Source: Macrostomum lignano (taxonomy: Eukaryota). Taken from it: a stretch of 23,975 bases of DNA. Below the pieces are notes generated by a model. The model did not search any database. It was not told the origin of the DNA and saw only the letters and a list, made by a program, of their open reading frames with translations. The stretch spans positions 1-23,975 of the forward strand of contig NIVC01005166.1 of the NCBI GenBank assembly GCA_002269645.1, read 5' to 3'. The position numbers and the translations under genes are program-made. Below, piece after piece: positions 22,158-23,975 of this stretch; position 1 is the stretch's first letter, and every line of letters starts with the position of its first letter.

Positions 22158-23909
22158 CTGTGAAAATAAAAAACGGGAGGCAAAAACAGAAAACGCGTGA
22201 TCCGAAAACTCCACAGGGCAAACTGGTACAGACCCGTAAACACGGAAAATAAAATTAAGCAACTCATGACGCGAGTGCAGGCGGGACCCTGCATCAGCAA
22301 ACAGCTGATAAGCACCAGGAACGTGAAAGACCTCAAATTCAACGTCAAAACGCAGACAGAGCAACGCCACAGACTGCAGCAACCACATCAGACGCGAGTC
22401 CTTGGAGACACCTCGCCTTAGAATCCAACACGCCGTCTCATTGTCGCAGTACACAGCAAGCCGACAACCAGCCAAGGATTGGCCCCATCTCAAAACAGCC
22501 AGCAATATAACCACAGCCTCCTTGTAATTGATGCAGTAATTCTGAAAAACACCATTTGCGTCGATCTGCCAGTCAATAAAGCACCAATCACGAATCCCAT
22601 CACCGTCACGGAGCACCGCCGCGGCGCCTGAAGACGACGAGTCAGTCTCTATGGCAACACAAGCCCTCGGCGAAGTCCACAGGCCAACACCGATGCGATG
22701 CTGCAAAGCCAACCGCCACCAGGAGAGGTGGTGCACCACGGAGGGACTAACAAGAACCCTGTCATGAGGTCGATGCAGCTTGTTAACAATGTCGATAAGA
22801 GGTCGGAGGAAAACTCTCCCGTGCCGAACAACTTGCGACGCCCAGTTTAACTTGCCGATCAACTTCTGCAAATACGACTTTGACAGCCTTTTCTTCGAAG
22901 AGCAGAGGGATAAAACATGCAACAAGTCTTGGACTTTTTCGGCAGGAAGAGACATCTGGCCTGCCACGCTATCAAATAAAATGCCCAGAAAGGTCATCCG
23001 CGTTGTCGGCGGAACACACTTGCTACGGTTAACGGTGAAGCCTAGCCGCTCGAGCAGATCGATGAGATGGTTGTAGAACTTCCAGCAGGACTCCAGATCT
23101 CCACAAAAGGCGAAGTCATCCATGTAGGCCTCCATAGCGTAGAAACCATGCTTCAACATCATAAAACGCACAGCTTGGCTCAGCTCGTAAAAGCAGAAGA
23201 CGGAAGCCGAAGCACCAAACGGGAGCCGCGTGTCGTACAGGTACACTGGCTGGCCCTCGCCTTGGAGCTGAATCTTCATGCCTGTGACCCGGTGGTCATC
23301 AGGGTGCACACCACATGAACGATATGCTTGCGACAGATCCACTTTGCACATGTACGCGCCGCTGTACAGCTTCGAGGCAAAGTTGCTGGCCGAAGTAAAA
23401 CGCAACTTCCGTTTCGACTCAAAGAAATCATTCACAGAGGCGCCAGTTGGCAGGCTGCAGTCGTGAATAAGGCGGATGGAAGACGAATCCGCCTTAGGGA
23501 TCGCACCAAGTGCACTAACGATGAGCGGCCGGTTGCCTGCCTGGCAGCGCCTGTAGCGGTCCTGCTTGAGCTCCTGGCGCACCTGGGCCTCAACAGCTTG
23601 CTGGTGAATGGTAGCTGATCTGTGATTTGCCATCTCAGTGTGGTTCTTACAATCCATCACTTTATTAGTAATTCGAAAGCCATTCTTCACACCATCGAGC
23701 ACGAACCTGACACGGTCCTCCGGCATCTCGGTCCCAGCCAGCTCTTCCCGCCAAACCGCAAACACAAGGTCGCTCGACAACTCAGTTGAACTCGGGTCAC
23801 ATAGGGGGAGCTCCCCGTGGGGGCACAGGAGGGCGACCCGACGGCAGACATTGAGTCCTGTGCCCCCACCTCGCACGCTAGTTTTTTGAAAATTGGCCCG
23901 GGTCCCCAT
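21957..23909 (-). CDS. Reverse transcriptase / RNase H ORF (650 aa, uninterrupted)
   Basis: RT motifs RLIHDCS, CKVDLSQAY, RLPFGAS, YMDDF, FLGI; RNase H motifs IETDSS, NYKEA, VYCDN, ADAGSR. Confidence 0.93.
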   Translation of the reverse strand: MGTRANFQKTSVRGGGTGLNVCRRVALLCPHGELPLCDPSSTELSSDLVFAVWREELAGTEMPEDRVRFVLDGVKNGFRITNKVMDCKNHTEMANHRSATIHQQAVEAQVRQELKQDRYRRCQAGNRPLIVSALGAIPKADSSSIRLIHDCSLPTGASVNDFFESKRKLRFTSASNFASKLYSGAYMCKVDLSQAYRSCGVHPDDHRVTGMKIQLQGEGQPVYLYDTRLPFGASASVFCFYELSQAVRFMMLKHGFYAMEAYMDDFAFCGDLESCWKFYNHLIDLLERLGFTVNRSKCVPPTTRMTFLGILFDSVAGQMSLPAEKVQDLLHVLSLCSSKKRLSKSYLQKLIGKLNWASQVVRHGRVFLRPLIDIVNKLHRPHDRVLVSPSVVHHLSWWRLALQHRIGVGLWTSPRACVAIETDSSSSGAAAVLRDGDGIRDWCFIDWQIDANGVFQNYCINYKEAVVILLAVLRWGQSLAGCRLAVYCDNETACWILRRGVSKDSRLMWLLQSVALLCLRFDVEFEVFHVPGAYQLFADAGSRLHSRHELLNFIFRVYGSVPVCPVEFSDHAFSVFASRFLFSQAASLQRRPSAPPPPASSPQHTHRSHAGRSHRPSGPGTASATRTGPTRLDPTGRCYSTTWLTWSNAA

Positions 23910-23975
23910 CAGCGTGGGCTCGGGCTTCAGAGTGCGGCTGTGAGCACCTGCGGCACTGATGGGCGAAGCGGCAGT
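23878..23975 (-). CDS. C-terminus of gag-like ORF1 with a Cys/His knuckle (partial)
   Basis: CRFAHQCRRCSQPH...FSKN-stop, typical of the DIRS/Ngaro gag C-terminal zinc finger; overlaps the RT start in another frame. Confidence 0.7.
   Translation of the reverse strand, partial: CRFAHQCRRCSQPHSEARAHADGDPGQFSKN

Larger units (their letters stand above)
20689..23975 (-). mobile_element. Tyrosine-recombinase (DIRS order) retrotransposon, Ngaro-type; 5' end outside the window
   Basis: Order gag, RT/RNase H, YR with overlapping frames; no methyltransferase domain seen; split direct repeats at the 3' end rather than ITR/ICR. Confidence 0.88.

Noticed and set aside
23878-23890. A AAA AAC slippery heptamer just before the gag stop
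   Set aside because: A -1 shift would enter a short dead frame. RT is in the +1 frame relative to gag and has its own ATG at 23909.
20689-23975. Classification as DIRS1-type with ITR/ICR, using the adjacent inverted repeat as its terminus
   Set aside because: The inverted arms pair with each other outside the element and match nothing inside it; direct repeats and the absence of a methyltransferase domain fit Ngaro.

Overview
Eukaryotic (metazoan, probably invertebrate) genomic DNA, not prokaryotic. The centre of the window holds a 14-exon, plus-strand receptor protein tyrosine phosphatase gene (6822-18969). Its domains are Ig, about four FN3, TM, PTP D1 and an inactive PTP D2; the phosphatase domains look like the R5 (Ptp99A/PTPRG/PTPRZ1) subtype. 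The 5' end/signal peptide exon was not found, and one 1-nt frameshift sits in an A-run. The left end is the 3' part of an internally deleted Ty3/Gypsy LTR retrotransposon (protease remnant joined to integrase, PPT, 3' LTR), followed by a 2 kb (GATA)n array. Introns and flanks carry two minisatellites and several tRNA-derived SINE copies. The right end is a stack of abutting elements: a CORE-type SINE, a 141-bp-arm foldback, and a young minus-strand tyrosine-recombinase retrotransposon of Ngaro type (gag end, RT/RNase H, YR, B-A-B split direct repeats). Its YR frame has no ATG but begins at a strong splice acceptor. All calls were made by eye; no database searches were run.
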